Source of the DNA: Macrostomum lignano
Taxonomy: Eukaryota
Direction: 5' to 3'
Length of the DNA: 64,000 bases
Assembly (NCBI GenBank): GCA_002269645.1
Contig: NIVC01003594.1
Location: 1 to 64,000 of the forward strand
Position numbers and translations under genes: made by a program
In this document: piece after piece, positions 33,501 through 47,770 of the stretch
How the letters are laid out: every line of letters starts with the position of its first letter
Numbering within the stretch: the stretch's first letter is position 1
The notes under the pieces: generated by a model
Database searches by the model: none
Seen by the model: only the letters and a program-made list of their open reading frames with translations
Told to the model about the DNA's origin: nothing

Positions 33501-34840
33501 TGCTCCATTTTTGTGTTTAATATCTGATATTTTTACCTAAAAACACACGGTCTGGCTTCACTCACTCCCGCGACCTCAGGTGACCCGCCGCTACCCGACC
33601 TCCGATCCGCGCTGGTTCGGCGCCCTGAACAGCCTGCAGTTTGCCCGGGACTCCCTCACGGACTGGGCCGATCAGCTCGATTACGCCGAGCTGTCCCGGC
33701 TGCCCGAGTCTGAGCGGAGCATCCACGGAGCTGCCGCCGCCGCCTCCGGCACCGCTGGTGATGAAGCTGCCAGGTGAATTTGTTGCACAAATGGTCAGCT
33801 AGGATTCAATGGTGTCTCTTGGCGTCTATGGGGGTCTCTAGGGATCTAGAGGTGTATATAGAGATCTAAGGGTGTCTCTAGGGATCTAAAGATGTATATA
33901 GATATCTAAGGGTGTCTCTAGAGATCTAGGGGTGTCTCTAGGGATCTGCAATCATTCAGAGTCTATCAAAGACACCCTTTGCAATGATTTGCAATCATTT
34001 TCCCTAGCAGAGCGCCGGCCGCCGCAGCCGCAGGCCTGGCCGATCTGTCCAGCGCCGCCATCGCTGACGACGACGACTCCTCCGGGGCGGGCGTTTTCGC
34101 CCCGGTTGCTAGGCGCCTTGCCGCCACCCAATCCGAACTGCTCGAGTCCCTAGTGCGCGGCATCCTTGACCAGCTGGCCGCCTTGTTGGAGAGCCTTGGA
34201 CCGGACACTTTCCTGTCTGGTCGGCCGAGCGACGCACCGGCTTTGGCCGCCCTGTTCCTGGCCGTCAGAGACTCGCTGCAGGCCTGCCGTGATCGCCTGC
34301 AGCCGGCCGTGTTCCGGCCCGTGTGGCGCCGTCTGGCTGCCGGGCTCAACCGGCTGCTCATGCGACAGCTGCTGGGCATGCGGTTCAGCCACGCCGGTGG
34401 CCTGCAGTTCGCGCACACAGTGACCAAGGTGAGCCGTCGAGCGTTCGGGCACTGCTCGAGCACCCTAGAGTTTCACATCCCTATAGAGTTTCACATCCCT
34501 ATAGAGGTTCACATCCCTATAGAGTTTCACATCCCTATAGAGTTTCACATCCTGATAAACCTGATAAATCGAACCCAACATCAAACCCATGCAGGTATTC
34601 ATGCCGGTGTTCGCCCAGTACTGCGGCCGGCCGGACCGTCTGCTAGCCGAGAGCGCCCAGGCCTGCTGCCTGCTCGGCTTGGCGCGGGGCACCGCGGCGC
34701 TGCTGCGCCAGGCGCTGGCCGGACCGCCGCGCGATGGCGAAGATCCGCTAAGAATGCTGCTGGATCTGGGCGTGTCGTCGCTGACGCCCGAGGAGGCGCT
34801 GGCCGTGCTGAAGCGCCGGATTGACTTGGACCAGGCGTGA
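30584..34840 (+). CDS. RINT1: RAD50-interacting protein 1 / TIP20 (NRZ tethering complex), join(30584..30973,31576..32094,32411..32571,32756..33170,33580..33773,34011..34428,34595..34840), ~780 aa; initiator codon not found in the first exon
   Basis: LPPLEVMLEPFRKKFAFHFSGDRPTN..RPEIFLTQ|VLKWI, HLINELLALDREL, CAEAVMALV, LEDFRVRLRQ|V, LNSLQF..LTDWAD, FSHAGGLQF and YCGRP match RINT1/TIP20 motifs. Six GT-AG introns with consistent phases (0,0,2,0,2,0). Confidence 0.9.
31030..31535. repeat. GATTGTGTCCTAGATAGATGTGTCCGGTT minisatellite with variable GATA units, RINT1 intron
   Basis: Direct inspection. Confidence 0.93.
33181..33370. repeat. 18-19-bp GGAGTGACTGGCTGTGCC minisatellite, RINT1 intron 4
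   Basis: Direct inspection; same unit at 35192-35720. Confidence 0.92.
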
Positions 34841-35187
34841 CCTGCCTGTGAAGATGCTGCAGGTTCTTATATACTACTCATATAGCTACTCATCATTTAG
34901 ACATGCTGGTTTAGGTTCGCCGTTTATCGATTTCATAAATAAACTGCTGCTGCTTCGCATCGGGTTATTCAGAGATCTGTTTTCTTACTGCAAGCAAAAC
35001 ATTTTCACACCCTAGAGTTTCACATCCTATAGTCCGATGCTCTATGAACTTGCATGTAAAAAATTATAGCAAGAGCACACAATCTGACTCGCGGTAAATT
35101 GAAATTGACTTTTTTAATGGAATTGGAATCCGAGCAACATGTACTCTATCACAATCTATATGTACATGTATATCTCGAAATGGTTTA

Positions 35188-35968
<781 letters not shown>

Positions 35969-36533
35969 TCTACATGAATAAGTCGGAACGGTTTTGATAA
36001 ATTAGACAAAGTTCTAATTGAATAGTTGCAAAATAAACTTCGGTAGTACGAGGCTGAATAGGTTTACATACATCAACGTTTTCAGGAAATGATTGTTAGG
36101 TGAAGTGTGGCATGACTAAAAGCTTGTTTAAAACTCGAACTACATGTAAGTCACTTTATATTGCTATATTCTTCCATATACGGGTATACATGTACTTATG
36201 GTAATGGAAGGTAAATTATATAAAGCGAGAATTTAACCTAATGGCCAAGGTCCAGTAGGCATTATTATTGCACTTGCAAGTAGCGAACTCGTGACCTTTG
36301 GCCATTACCTTAAATTCTAGCTTTAAATATTTAACCTTCCATTGATTTGAGGTTGCATTCACAAACTCGAACTTTCACAACGTCAAAAGCAAATGATTTC
36401 ACAAGGTCGAAATTTTGCGTCGAAAAACTCGAATGGCAGTGCAGTCACTTTCTCAATGTCGAAACTTTATAAAACTCGAAATTTCACGACTAACAAGAAC
36501 CATCCTGTTAGTTGTTAGTTGTTACAAACAACC

Positions 36534-38840
36534 CTAAAAATGAGTTGTCGGTAGGTATGCGATAGATTTCAGAAAAAACGGCTCAACCGATTTTCTTCAA
36601 ACTTGCACCATTCGATCAGAAATTTTCCTGGGACGGTACATACATCTTGGCTAAGAAATTGCTCAATTCTAAAGGGATTAAATATTCGAAAAACATGCTT
36701 TTTTGCAAAGGTCAAACAGAATTTTCGACTTGAAATGCATTGTAAAAATGCTAGAGAAAAAACTGACTGACTGAATTCCTATTCTGATAAAGATTGCATC
36801 ACAACAAGTTGAAAACAGTGCCAAAGAAATGCGCACAAGAATTGATTTAAATTGCGTAACCATATTGCTAACTTGAATTGAGACTGATACTGGCTGACTG
36901 AGAAATTGATTATGTCATAACTTTTTACTCTTACTGACTTGCTGTAAGAATTGAAGTATAAGGGCCACAATTCATGTTCTCCAATTGAAAAGAGATAGCC
37001 AAGATGCGAACAATGTAGCGACCTGGGTTCGAATCTTAGTAGTGCAAAATGATTTTTTAAAAACTTAAAAAGACAAAATGCTAAACATAAAAGAAGCGAA
37101 ATGTCAAACATAAAAGTGGCACCATGTCAAATATAAAAGAGCTACCGTACCATGTCAGATATAAAAGAGCCACCATGTCAGACATAAAAGAACCACCATA
37201 TCAAACATAAAAGAGCCACCATGTCAAACATAAAAGAGCCACCATGTCAAACATAAAAGAGCTACCATGTCAAACATTAAAGTGCTACCATGTCAAACAT
37301 AGAAGAGCCACCATGACCAACATTAAAGAGCTACTATGTCAAACATAGAAGAGCCACCATGTCAAAGATTAACGAGCTATCATGTCAAACACAAAAGAGC
37401 CACTATGTCAAACAAAGAAGAGACACCATATCAAACATAGAAGAGCCACCATGTCAAACATTAAAGTGCTACCATGTCAAACATAGACGTGACTCCGTGT
37501 CAAACATTAAAGAGCCAACATTTCAAACATACACGTGACTCCATGTCAAACATTAAAGAGCCACCATGTCAAACATAGAAGAGACACCATATCAAGCATA
37601 GAAGAGCCACCATGTCAAACATAAAAGAGACACCATATCAAGCATAAAAGAGCCACCATGTCAAACATTAAAGAACCATTTCAAACATAAAAGAGACACC
37701 GTTTCAAACATAAAAAGAAGTGTCATGCCAAACAAAATGGAGCCACTATGAAGCTAAGGAAATTGCTGCACTAGCTATTTGTTCTCTGGTGGATGCTTGC
37801 TATTTAAGGATGGATACTTGCTATCAGGGGGATGCTTGCTATCAGGGGGATGCTTGCTATCTGAGGGATGCTTGCTATCTGAGGGATACTTGCTATCAGG
37901 GGGATGCTTGCTATCAGGGGGATGCTTGCTATCTGAGGGATGCTTGCTATCTGAGGGATGCTTGCTATTGGGGGGATGCTTGCTATTGGAAGGATGCTTG
38001 CTACTGGGGTAACTTGCTATTGGGAGATGCTTGCTCTTAGGGGTGGAGGGTACTTGCTATCTGAGAGGGGGTTGATAGATATCTATAAGGTCTCTTTGTA
38101 TCCAGGTTATGCTTGCTGTCTAGGGTTGCTTGTGGTCTGGGGGATACTTGCTATCTAGGAGATGCTTGCTATCTGGGGGATGCTTGCTATCTAGGGGATG
38201 CTTGCTATCTGGGGGATGCTTGCTATCTGGGGGATGCTTGCTATCTGGGGGATGCTTGCTATCTGGGGGATGCTTGCTATCTGGGGTTGCTTGCTATATG
38301 GGGGGGGATGCTTGCTATCTAGCTGGGGGATGCTTGCTATCTGGGGGATGCTTGCTATCTGGGGGATGCTTGCTATCTGGGGGATGCTTGCTATCTGGGG
38401 GATGCTTGCTATCTGGGGGATGCTTGCTATCTGGGGGATGCTTGCTATCTGGGGGATGCTTGCTATCTGGGGGATGCTTGCTATCTGGGGGATGCTTGCT
38501 ATCTGGGGGATGCTTGCTATCTGGGGGATGCTTGCTATCTGGGGGATGCTTGCTATCTGGGGGATGCTTGCTATCTGGGGGATGCTTGCTATCTGGGGGA
38601 TGCTTGCTATCTGGGGTTGCTTGCTATATGGGGGGGATGCTTGCAGTCTGGGGGATGCTTGCTATTTGGGGATTGATGTTTGAATGCTGTCTGGGGATGC
38701 TTGCTGTCTTGGGATGTTAATTGTTTTTAGAGGCAATGTCTGTTGTTTTTTATGAAGGCTTTATTTCGCTGTCTATTTGTTATTTGTAAAGAACAAAGAT
38801 TCTATCCAGATGTCCCCCATCGGGGGGCGAAGATTGCTAG
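36534..38840 (+). mobile_element. Non-autonomous Helitron copy 1 (5' end damaged), carrying a 22-bp array (37095-37730) and an 18-19-bp GGGGGATGCTTGCTATCT array (37795-38715)
   Basis: Core shared with 44142ff (AAACGGCTCAACCGATTTTC...AAATATTCGAAAAACATGC). 3' hairpin CCCCC-ATCG-GGGGG followed by AGATTGCTAG|T. Confidence 0.78.
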
Positions 38841-40143
38841 TTCGCTACTAAAATGTTTCGGTGGGGTGAAATTTTGAGCTTGAGATTGAGAAGTGTAATT
38901 CGATCGAGTTTCGATGCCATATGCATGAAGCTCTGACCTCTAGTGAACAAGGAATTGGTTCGATTTTTGCATAGACGACGTTGTGAAATTTCTAGTTTGT
39001 GAAGCCCCCGTTTATTGATTGACTACAACCCAGGTGATTGAGTAGCGCCCTTCTTACCTAGCCTTTACTACGTAACCTAATAATTTAGGCTATGTCAGAT
39101 TCTATAAAATGCGGCCCCATATCCCAACCCAGCGAGAAGTGCTGGCTTCTGACTTTGTGGGACAGCTGATGAATAAGCGAGGGTATCTTATTATTCTAAC
39201 TTCAAGCTGCATTATTCAGATGAGGACTAATGCTTCAAGACAGTGATTTCGCCATATTCGTGTATTTAAGATCGCGTGTGTCACTTGACTGCAGTCATAA
39301 AAGTTCATAAAATTTTATAAAATGAAGCGACCCGACAAATGTGAAATGTGTGGGGTTTTAGGCCTATCACCTTTTCGGTAGGTCCAAGCCTAATTCTTAG
39401 GTTCGGCTTTGTACATTATTTTTATTGGTAATTCGATCTATTTTAAGTGGCCAGCGCGCCGCGAGTGCAGACTAGGCAAACCAACTTAAATTTAAACTCG
39501 TCAATTAAAAACAACAAAGTTGGTTTCGCTAACACCTCTATCTGAAAAAAGCAATTCTTGTAACAAAATAGAATCAAAATTAATAACTACAAGTTTTTCT
39601 ATCTTAAATAAAATACTTAGACACTTTACCTTGAAAGATTTTCGTTTTTGTTTTCGTTTTCAGCTGGAAAGCATGCTCAAAGTCTCAAACTTAACTAGGC
39701 ACTCGCTCTCTGCATCAGGAATCCATCAAATTGGATAAAATCAACATGCTGAACACGTGAAACGTGGACGTCATAGGATACAGTATTATAGTACAGTCAA
39801 TATCTGAATTAGACTAGGCCCCCAGAAAAGTTTTGTGGCTACATTTTAAAAAAATGCACAACTTTAACTTTATAGGTTAATTAGCTAGCTTGTGTGGCAA
39901 TCCTACACTTCCGTTCGGTAAATTATTTTCACATTTGAATTCGTACCACCGAGTCAAATGACGTCGATTGGCAATGTGTCTATGGCCAAAACTTATGCCG
40001 ATTTAGTATATTTGGATTAGGCCTACAAAACTTATTTTATTTTTAACTTCAAAATGCTTTTTAAATGCCTCATGCCTATTATTAGATGCAGTGATCATTT
40101 TTGCCTACTTACTATTTAGAAAGTATAGTAAGTTTTATACTAA

Positions 40144-43100
40144 TCAGATATACTAAAAAATGAAAAATTCTATATAATTAAACCTGAAATTTAATAAATA
40201 AGTTCTATGTATTTATGTATATAATCGATTTTAAAATAAATTTATCCATCCATTTTTTCCAAACTTGTACTAGGCCCGCTATTCAATTCAAAACTCTTGT
40301 AAATTGGTACAGTATAAAGGGATTAAATATTCTAAAAACATGCTTTTTGTAAAGGTCAAGCAGATTTTTTTGACTTGAAGTGTATTGTAAAATGCTAAAG
40401 AAAAAACTGACTAGCGAATTCCAATTCTAAAATAGATTGGGCTACACTAGGCTTTTTATTTATTGTCTGTTTATTGGCTGAATTAGACATAGGCCTAGAC
40501 ACTGAATTGAATTGTATCACCATGTTAAAAACACAATGTGGAAGCATAACACTAGCACCAGACTTGATTTAGATTTTGTAACCATATTGTCAACTTAATA
40601 GATATATATATAGGTACTAACTTGCCTAAGCAATTGATTATATCATAACTGACTTGGTATGAGTGTTGAATTATAAGTGCTTAATAGTACTACAAATTCA
40701 CTGTCTATCTATCTGTCTAGTAAAGTAATTTTCTAAGAGCAAGATTTTGGCTAAATTTGAAGAGGCAAGACTCAGTCCATAGGGCCACCCAGCCTAGTCT
40801 CAGCCTCATCCTAAGGGTTACCAATCACTTCAGCAACAGGTCACTTCAGCAACAGGTCACTTTGGCAATAGTCACTTTGGTCACAGTCATTTTGGCAACA
40901 TATTTGGATCACTTTGGCGACAATTATTAACAGCTAAAAAAGACATTTATAATGCATATATTTTTTGCCAATGAAACTTCACAATTAAAAAAGCAACACA
41001 AATTTATATTTGGCAAGGTTAATACCAGTTCTAGCAGGGGGTTGTAAATGTGCATGCATTACTATGTACTTATATGTTAACCAATTAGAATGGGGGTGAG
41101 AAAGGTGACATAAGGCATAGAAAGGGGCAGGTCATAGGAAATACAAAATTTATTTTGTACTTTATTGTATTTATTGTAAGCGTTCATAACAAAATACAGA
41201 AAATTTGTTAAATTGCTTTTTTAATAAATCTGGATAAATCACACTTTTTAATCTTGAAGTTTCATTGGCAAAAAATATATCCTTTAGCTGCTATTAATTG
41301 TTGCTGAAGTGATCCAAATGTGTCGCCAAAATGAATGTTGCCAAAGTGACTTGTTGCCAAAGTGACTGTTGCCAAAGTGATTTGTCGCCAAAGTGATTGT
41401 AATTTATCCTAAGTAGGTGCTTAGTCTTTCTATAGCTGACAAAAAACTGGCGGAAAAAAGTTTGAGTAGTGGGTAGCAGTAAGGTGAAAGCAGCTATGTG
41501 ATAGGTAGGGATAGCTCAGTTTTTTAAGACAAAAGGTGTGGCAAGCTGGGCTTCTTAATAGTTTGGGTTGGCTGTTGCCAAGGGATGCTGGCCCTTGAGA
41601 GAGCTAGAGATAAGAGCTAGCCTAGAGGTGAATAGGCTGAACTGCTAATATAGCAGCATAGGTTCAAATTTTTAGAGCATCAAGTTTTTTTATTAAAAAT
41701 TTTTAATGTCAAGAAAACTAAAGAAAGCTTTGAAAGTAACATCGTGTACTTGTATGAAAAGTAAAAAATGAAACGTGATACAAAAATTAAAAAGAACATT
41801 ATGTAATACACAAAAGAAACATCATGTCAAGCATAAGTATCATCTTAGGAATTAAATAAGCATCATGTCAGGCATAGGATAGACATAATCTTAACATAAA
41901 AGAAGCATCATGTAAAAAATAAAAGAAGTCCTTTATAAAAAGAAGTGTAATGTAAAATATAGTGTCACTTGAAATTGTGCTGTGACTTTTGGGGGATATA
42001 ACAGGGGGACAATAGCTATCTGAGGTTGCTTATTATATATGGTGGCTGCTTGCTCTTGGGAGATGCTTGCTTGGGGGAATTGCTAAGATATCAAGATTTA
42101 CTGCAGGGGAGTTCCTGAGATGGCTAGGCTCATTGGAGGAATTGCTAAGTTGTTTCAATCAAATAGTTGATTCACTCAAATAAACTATTTGAGTGATTTA
42201 TGGACTTTTACATGAGTATTTTAGGGATTCCTTGACATTGTAAAGGACATTTCTGATTTATAAAAAAATATTACTAAGGCAGGAGACTTTGGATAAAATG
42301 AAATAATTATTGACTAAATAGAAGAATTCTTAAGTCAATAGGAATTTAATTGATCAAGCAGAATATTAAATGATCAAAGGGACAATTGTGACTATAATTA
42401 GGAATTATATTCCTTTATAAGGAATTTATATAGGAGTTAAAACTATTGAATAGAATTGGGATTGGGGGGCAGTTATGCTAGTGTAATGCAAATAATAAGA
42501 ATTGCTATTTAATTTTTTGCCTAATTGATTTATTATATAAGTATTTGATTAATTATTTTTACTATATATATTCAATACTCAATATTTAGGAATCTCAAAG
42601 GTTAGCAAAATAGGCAGCTGCAGCTTTTTTGTAGCACTTGTCTGCCAGGTCTACCTAGTGCAAAGCGAATACTTTTTAGAATGCTATATGAAAAAATGTT
42701 GTTACAATGCTATAATAAGTCTTTTATAAAAGTGCAAGAATTTTTGTATTATTTTTTTAATTCTTTTCATCTATATCTACATAACTTATAGAACTAATAA
42801 TATGTAAAACTTGGCTATTAAACCTACAAGATGATAAAATGATCAGATTTACAACCAAAGTAGTTATAAATATTAACAGATTTTTTTTAAACTTGCCAAT
42901 GGGTAGTTTGATAGCATTTTATTATAAACATGCTAAGTTTGTTGCCTTAGGGCTTAAATACTTCTCTCTAAAATATATATAAGGAATTAGGCTAAAGACA
43001 AATGTCCCATAGGAAAAAATTCTTACAAAGAAAGTTTTTATATTCTAGCAGGCAAATGCATGAATGAGAAAATTTCCATTGTGTGATTTTAGTGCATTGC

Positions 43101-43235
43101 TTGCAAAAAGGTTGAGCACAGGTGATACACAGCATAATACCATCATTTTGAAGATAGTGACAGTATGACTAAAGTTCAAAGTACTTTAAAAATGAGTTCA
43201 CATCATAATTGTCAAATATCTTCTCAGATTGCTAG
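40144..43235 (+). mobile_element. Old, decayed and interrupted copy 3 of the same Helitron family; 3' end tentative
   Basis: A|TCAGATATACTAAAAAATGAAAAAT start resembles copy 2. Core at 40310-40680, tRNA-like module at 41613-41670 and remnants of all three minisatellites at 41750-42150. AGATTGCTAGT occurs at 43226-43236 without a clear hairpin. Confidence 0.55.
40816..41404. mobile_element. Mutator-like MITE (589 bp) with ~170-bp imperfect TIRs and 9-bp TSD (CATCCTAAG/TATCCTAAG)
   Basis: Start GGTTACCAATCACTT versus end AAGTGATTGTAATT. The arms share CACTTTGGCAAC repeats and TATATTTTTTGCCAATGAAACTTCA. TSD at 40807-40815 and 41405-41413. Confidence 0.78.
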
Positions 43236-44749
43236 TCTATCAAGTTGTTAGAAGGTCCTCCATGTCTATTATCAATCTCCCAATTACCTTTGGCTTTGTT
43301 GTCTTCTAGATCTGCTTGTTGCTCTTGCTGCTTAGGAGGAACACGATATATTTTTGGCACTAGTTCTGCTATGCTACACTATATGGCATAATGATAGAAC
43401 CTAGTCTATACCTTCCTTGAAGACATATAACTAACTTGAGCTTGGAGACTAGAAGTATATAATAGCCAAATACTAGGTTGCAAAAAGTATGCTTTATAAA
43501 AAAATCAGTCAACCTCCCAAAGTAAAACTATAAAAAACAAAGTAGCCTGTCATATAGTCTGAAGGGATATTATTTGATTCTATGCAGCAATATTAAAGCA
43601 GTTTTATTACTAGCAAAAGACATGGATGACACTTATACTAAGAAGGATAGGGCCAGAACAATAATTTTGCAGGCATAAAAGTGAGCAGATGATCAGGATA
43701 GAATAATAGCACTGCAGGTAGATGATCAATGATAATATAGTAGTATGAGGGCACGGATAGAATATTGGCAAATACTTAAAAACTAAAAGTATGCCACAAT
43801 AAAAAATACTTAAGAGCTTTTTATTATAAAGCTATTATATACTTCCAATCTTACAATTTTGTAAGCTTTTGGCCTGGCTAGCTGGTTATTTTTGGGTGCA
43901 TTGGCAATAGGCCTATGTCATATTTTATATTTGGTTTATATTTTAACCTTGTCTATTAATAAAATTAATTGTAATTATAATACTACTATTAGTAGGATAG
44001 CCAAAACCTTTGTAATCAGCCTACTTTGGGTATGTCATACATAGCTTACATAGCTTACCATAGTAATATCATTGATTTAAAAACTAACAAACTTGCAATT
44101 GCAAATAAGCTTTAAAAACAAAACTGTATCAATCAATAATATCCTATATACTAAAAATGAAAATCTTGCTTGCTTGCTTGCTTGCTTGTAATCGATTAGA
44201 GAAAAAATGGCTTAACCGATTTTCATGAGACTTGCACTGTTCGATCAGAAATTTTCCCGTGACGGTACATGCATCGTGGCTAAGAAATTGCTCGATGCTA
44301 AAGGCATTAAATATTCGAAAAACATGCTTTTTTGCAAAGGTCAAGCAAACTTTTCGACTTGAAATGCATTGTACGAATGCTAGAGAAAAAATTGACTGGT
44401 TGATTCTGATTCTGAAATAGATTGCATCATAACTGAATTGTAACTCCGACTTGAATCGAAAATGCAGTGTGGAAGCGTAGCACCAGACTTGATTTAGATT
44501 GCGTAACCATATTGTTAACTGATACTGACTGACTGAGAAATTGATTATGTCATAACTGCCTCGTGTGATTTACTCCATGCTTGGAGTTTTGAAACTTATA
44601 ATTATAAGTGCTAAAATTCATATGATCAAAACGATGAGAGCTAGCCTAGAGGTAAACAGACTGACTGCTAAATGCAGGGACGATGGTTCGAATTTTTAGA
44701 GAGTGGAATTTTTTTAATTAAAGCTTTTTAACACCAAGAAAAAAACTAA

Positions 44750-47700
44750 AAAATCATAGAAGCGTCATGTAAAAAATCATAGAAGCGTCATGTAAACAAT
44801 CATAGAAGCGTCATGTAAAAAATCATGGAAGCGTCATGAAAAAACCATAGGAGCGTCATGAAAAAATCATAGAAGCATCATGTAAAAATCATAGAAGCGT
44901 CATGTAAACAATCATAGAAGCGTCATGTAAAAAATCGTGGAAGCGTCATGAAAATATCATAGAAGCGTCATGTAAAAAATCATAGAAGCGTCATGTAAAC
45001 AATCATAGAAGCGTCATGTAAAAAATCATAGAAGCGTCATGTAAACAATCATAGAAGCGTCATGCAAAAAATCATAGAAGTGTCATGTAAAAAATCATGG
45101 AAGCGTCATGTAAAAATCATAGAAGTGTCATGAAAAAATCATGGAAGTGTCATGTAAAAAATCATGGAAGCGTCATGAAAAAAAACCATGGAAGCGTCAT
45201 GTAAAAAATCATAGAAGTGTCATGTAAAAAATCATGGAAGCGTCATGTAAAAAATCATAGAAGCGTCATGTAAAAATCATAGAAGCGTCATGTAAACAAT
45301 CATAGAAGCGTCATGTAAAAAATCATAGAAGCGTCATGTAAACAATCATAGAAGCGTCATGTAAAAAATCATAGAAGCGTCATGTAAACAATCATAGAAG
45401 CGTCATGCAAAAAATCATAGAAGTGTCATGTAAAAAATCATGGAAGCGTCATGTAAAAATCATAGAAGCGTCATGAAAAAATCATGGAAGCGTCATGTAA
45501 AAAATCATGGAAGCGTCATGAAAAAAAACCATGGAAGCGTCATGTAAAAAATCATAGAAGTGTCATGTAAAAAATCATGGAAGCGTCATGTAAAAAATCA
45601 TAGAAGCATCATGTAAAAATCATAGAAGCGTCATGTAAACAATCATAGAAGCGTCATGTAAAAAATCATGGAAGCGTCATGAAAGCGTCATGTAAACAAT
45701 CATAGAAGCGTCATGCAAAAAATCATAGAAGTGTCATGTAAAAAATCATGAAAGCGTCATGTAAAAATCATAGAAGCGTCATGAAAAAATCATAGAAGCG
45801 TCATGAAAAAATCATAGAAGCGTCATGAAAAAAAACCATGGAAGCGTCATGTAAAAATCATAGAAGTGTCATGTAAAAAATCATGGAAGCGTCATGTAAA
45901 AAATCATAGAAGCGTCATGTAAAAATCATACAAGCGTCATGTAAAAAGCATAGAAGCGTCATGTAAAAAATCATAGAAGCGTCATGTAAACAATCATAGA
46001 AGCGTCATGTAAAAAATCATAGAAGCGTCATGTAAACAATCATAGAAGCGTCATGCAAAAAATCATAGAAGTGTCATGTAAAAAATCATGGAAGCGTCAT
46101 GTAAAAATCATAGAAGCGTCATGAAAAAATCATGGAAGCGTCATGTAAAAAATCATAGAAGCGTCATGAAAAAATCATAGAAGCGTCATGAAAAAAAACC
46201 ATGGAAGCGTCATGTAAAAATCATAGAAGTGTCTTGTAGAAAATCATGGAAGCGTCATGTAAAAAATCATAGAAGCATCATGTAAAAATCATAGAAGCGT
46301 CATGTAAAAATCATAGAAGCGTCATGTAAAAAATCATGGAAGCATCATGTAAAAATCATAGTAGCGTCATGTAAAAAATCATAGAAGCGTCATGAAAAAA
46401 TCATAGAAGCGTCATGAAAAAAACATAGGAGCGTCATGAAAAAATCATAGAAACGTCATGTAAAAATCATAGAAGCGTCATGTAAACAATCATAGAAGCG
46501 TCATGTAAAAAATCATAGAAGCGTCATGTAAACAATCATAGAAGCGTCATGTAAAAAATCATAGAAGCGTCATGTAAAAATCATAGAAGCGTCCTGCAGA
46601 TATCGTAGAAGCGTCATGAAATAATCATAGAAGCGTCATGTAAAAAGCATAGAAGCGTCATGTAAAAAATCATAGAAGCGTCATGTAAACAATCATAGAA
46701 GCGTCATGTAAAAAATCATAGAAGCGTCATGTAAACAATCATAGAAGCGTCATGCAAAAAATCATAGAAGTGTCATGTAAAAAATCATGGAAGCGTCATG
46801 TAAAAATCATAGAAGCGTCATGAAAAAATCATGGAAGCGTCATGTAAAAAATCATAGAAGCGTCATGAAAAAATCATAGAAGCGTCATGAAAAAAAACCA
46901 TGGAAGCGTCATGTAAAAATCATAGAAGTGTCATGTAAAAAATCATGGAAGCGTCATGTAAAAAATCATAGAAACGTCATGTAAAAATCATAGAAGTGTC
47001 ATGTAAAAAGCATAGAAGCGTCATGTAAAAAATCATAGAAGCGTCATATAAACAATCATAGAATTGTCATGTAAAAAGCATAGAAGCGTCATGAAAAAAA
47101 CATAGGAGCGTCATGAAAAAATCATAGAAACGTCATGTAAAAATCATAGAAGCGTCATGTAAAAATCATAGAAGCGTCATGTAAAAATCATAGAATCGTC
47201 ATATAAAAAGCATAGAAGCGTCATGTAAACAATCATAGAAGCGTCATATAAAAAGCATAGAAGCGTCATATAAACAATCACAGAAGCGTCATGAAAAAAT
47301 CATGGAAGCGTCATGTAAAAATCATAGAAGTGTCATGTAAAAAATCATGGAAGCGTCATGAAAAAATCATAGAAGCGTCATGAAAAAATCATAGGAGCGT
47401 CATGAAAAAATCATAGAAGCATCATGTAAAAATCATAGAAGCGTCCTGCAAAAATCGTAGAAGCATCATGTAAACAATCATAGAAGCGTCATGTAAACAA
47501 TCATCGAAGCGTCATGAAATAATCATAGAAGCGTCATGTAAAAAGCATAGAAGCGTCATGTAAAAAGCAAAGAAGTGTCATGTAAAAAGCATAGAAGCGT
47601 CATGTAAACAATCATAGAAGCGTCATGAAAAAATCATAGAAGCCTCATTTAAAAACTAATGAAAGCGTCATTTAAAAAAATAAGCATCATGGAAGAATAA

Positions 47701-47770
47701 AAGAAGTGTAATGTAAAAATCAAAAGAAGCGTCATGTCAAACATTAAGGATGTCATGTAAAAATGAAATG
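44750..47770. repeat. ~23-bp AT-rich satellite (AAAATCATAGAAGCGTCATGTAA) inside Helitron copy 2
   Basis: Direct periodicity over ~3 kb. Confidence 0.97.

Noticed and set aside
17566-34840. DUSP19-ALDH2-RINT1 as one trans-spliced operon (same strand, acceptors just before the starts)
   Set aside because: ALDH2 has its own E-box/TATA and a cis donor at 21823. MEF2 (3810) and TRIM-C (61180) also have cis 5'UTR donors. Spacers are 1.7-4 kb. Only the RINT1 case is retained.
36230-36315. Short imperfect inverted repeat (AATTTAACCTAATGGCCAAGGTC)
   Set aside because: No TSD and no second copy in the window; too weak to call an element.
42150-43230. Possible decayed coding relic (Cys/His spacing like FLYWCH or MULE pieces here and on the minus strand at 49400-49840)
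   Set aside because: Many stops and only vague motif resemblance; needs tblastx/HMM with C>T-tolerant scoring.
44636-44700. Functional tRNA-Ser gene
   Set aside because: Lacks the acceptor stem, long variable arm and a complete T-stem; treated as a tRNA-derived module instead.
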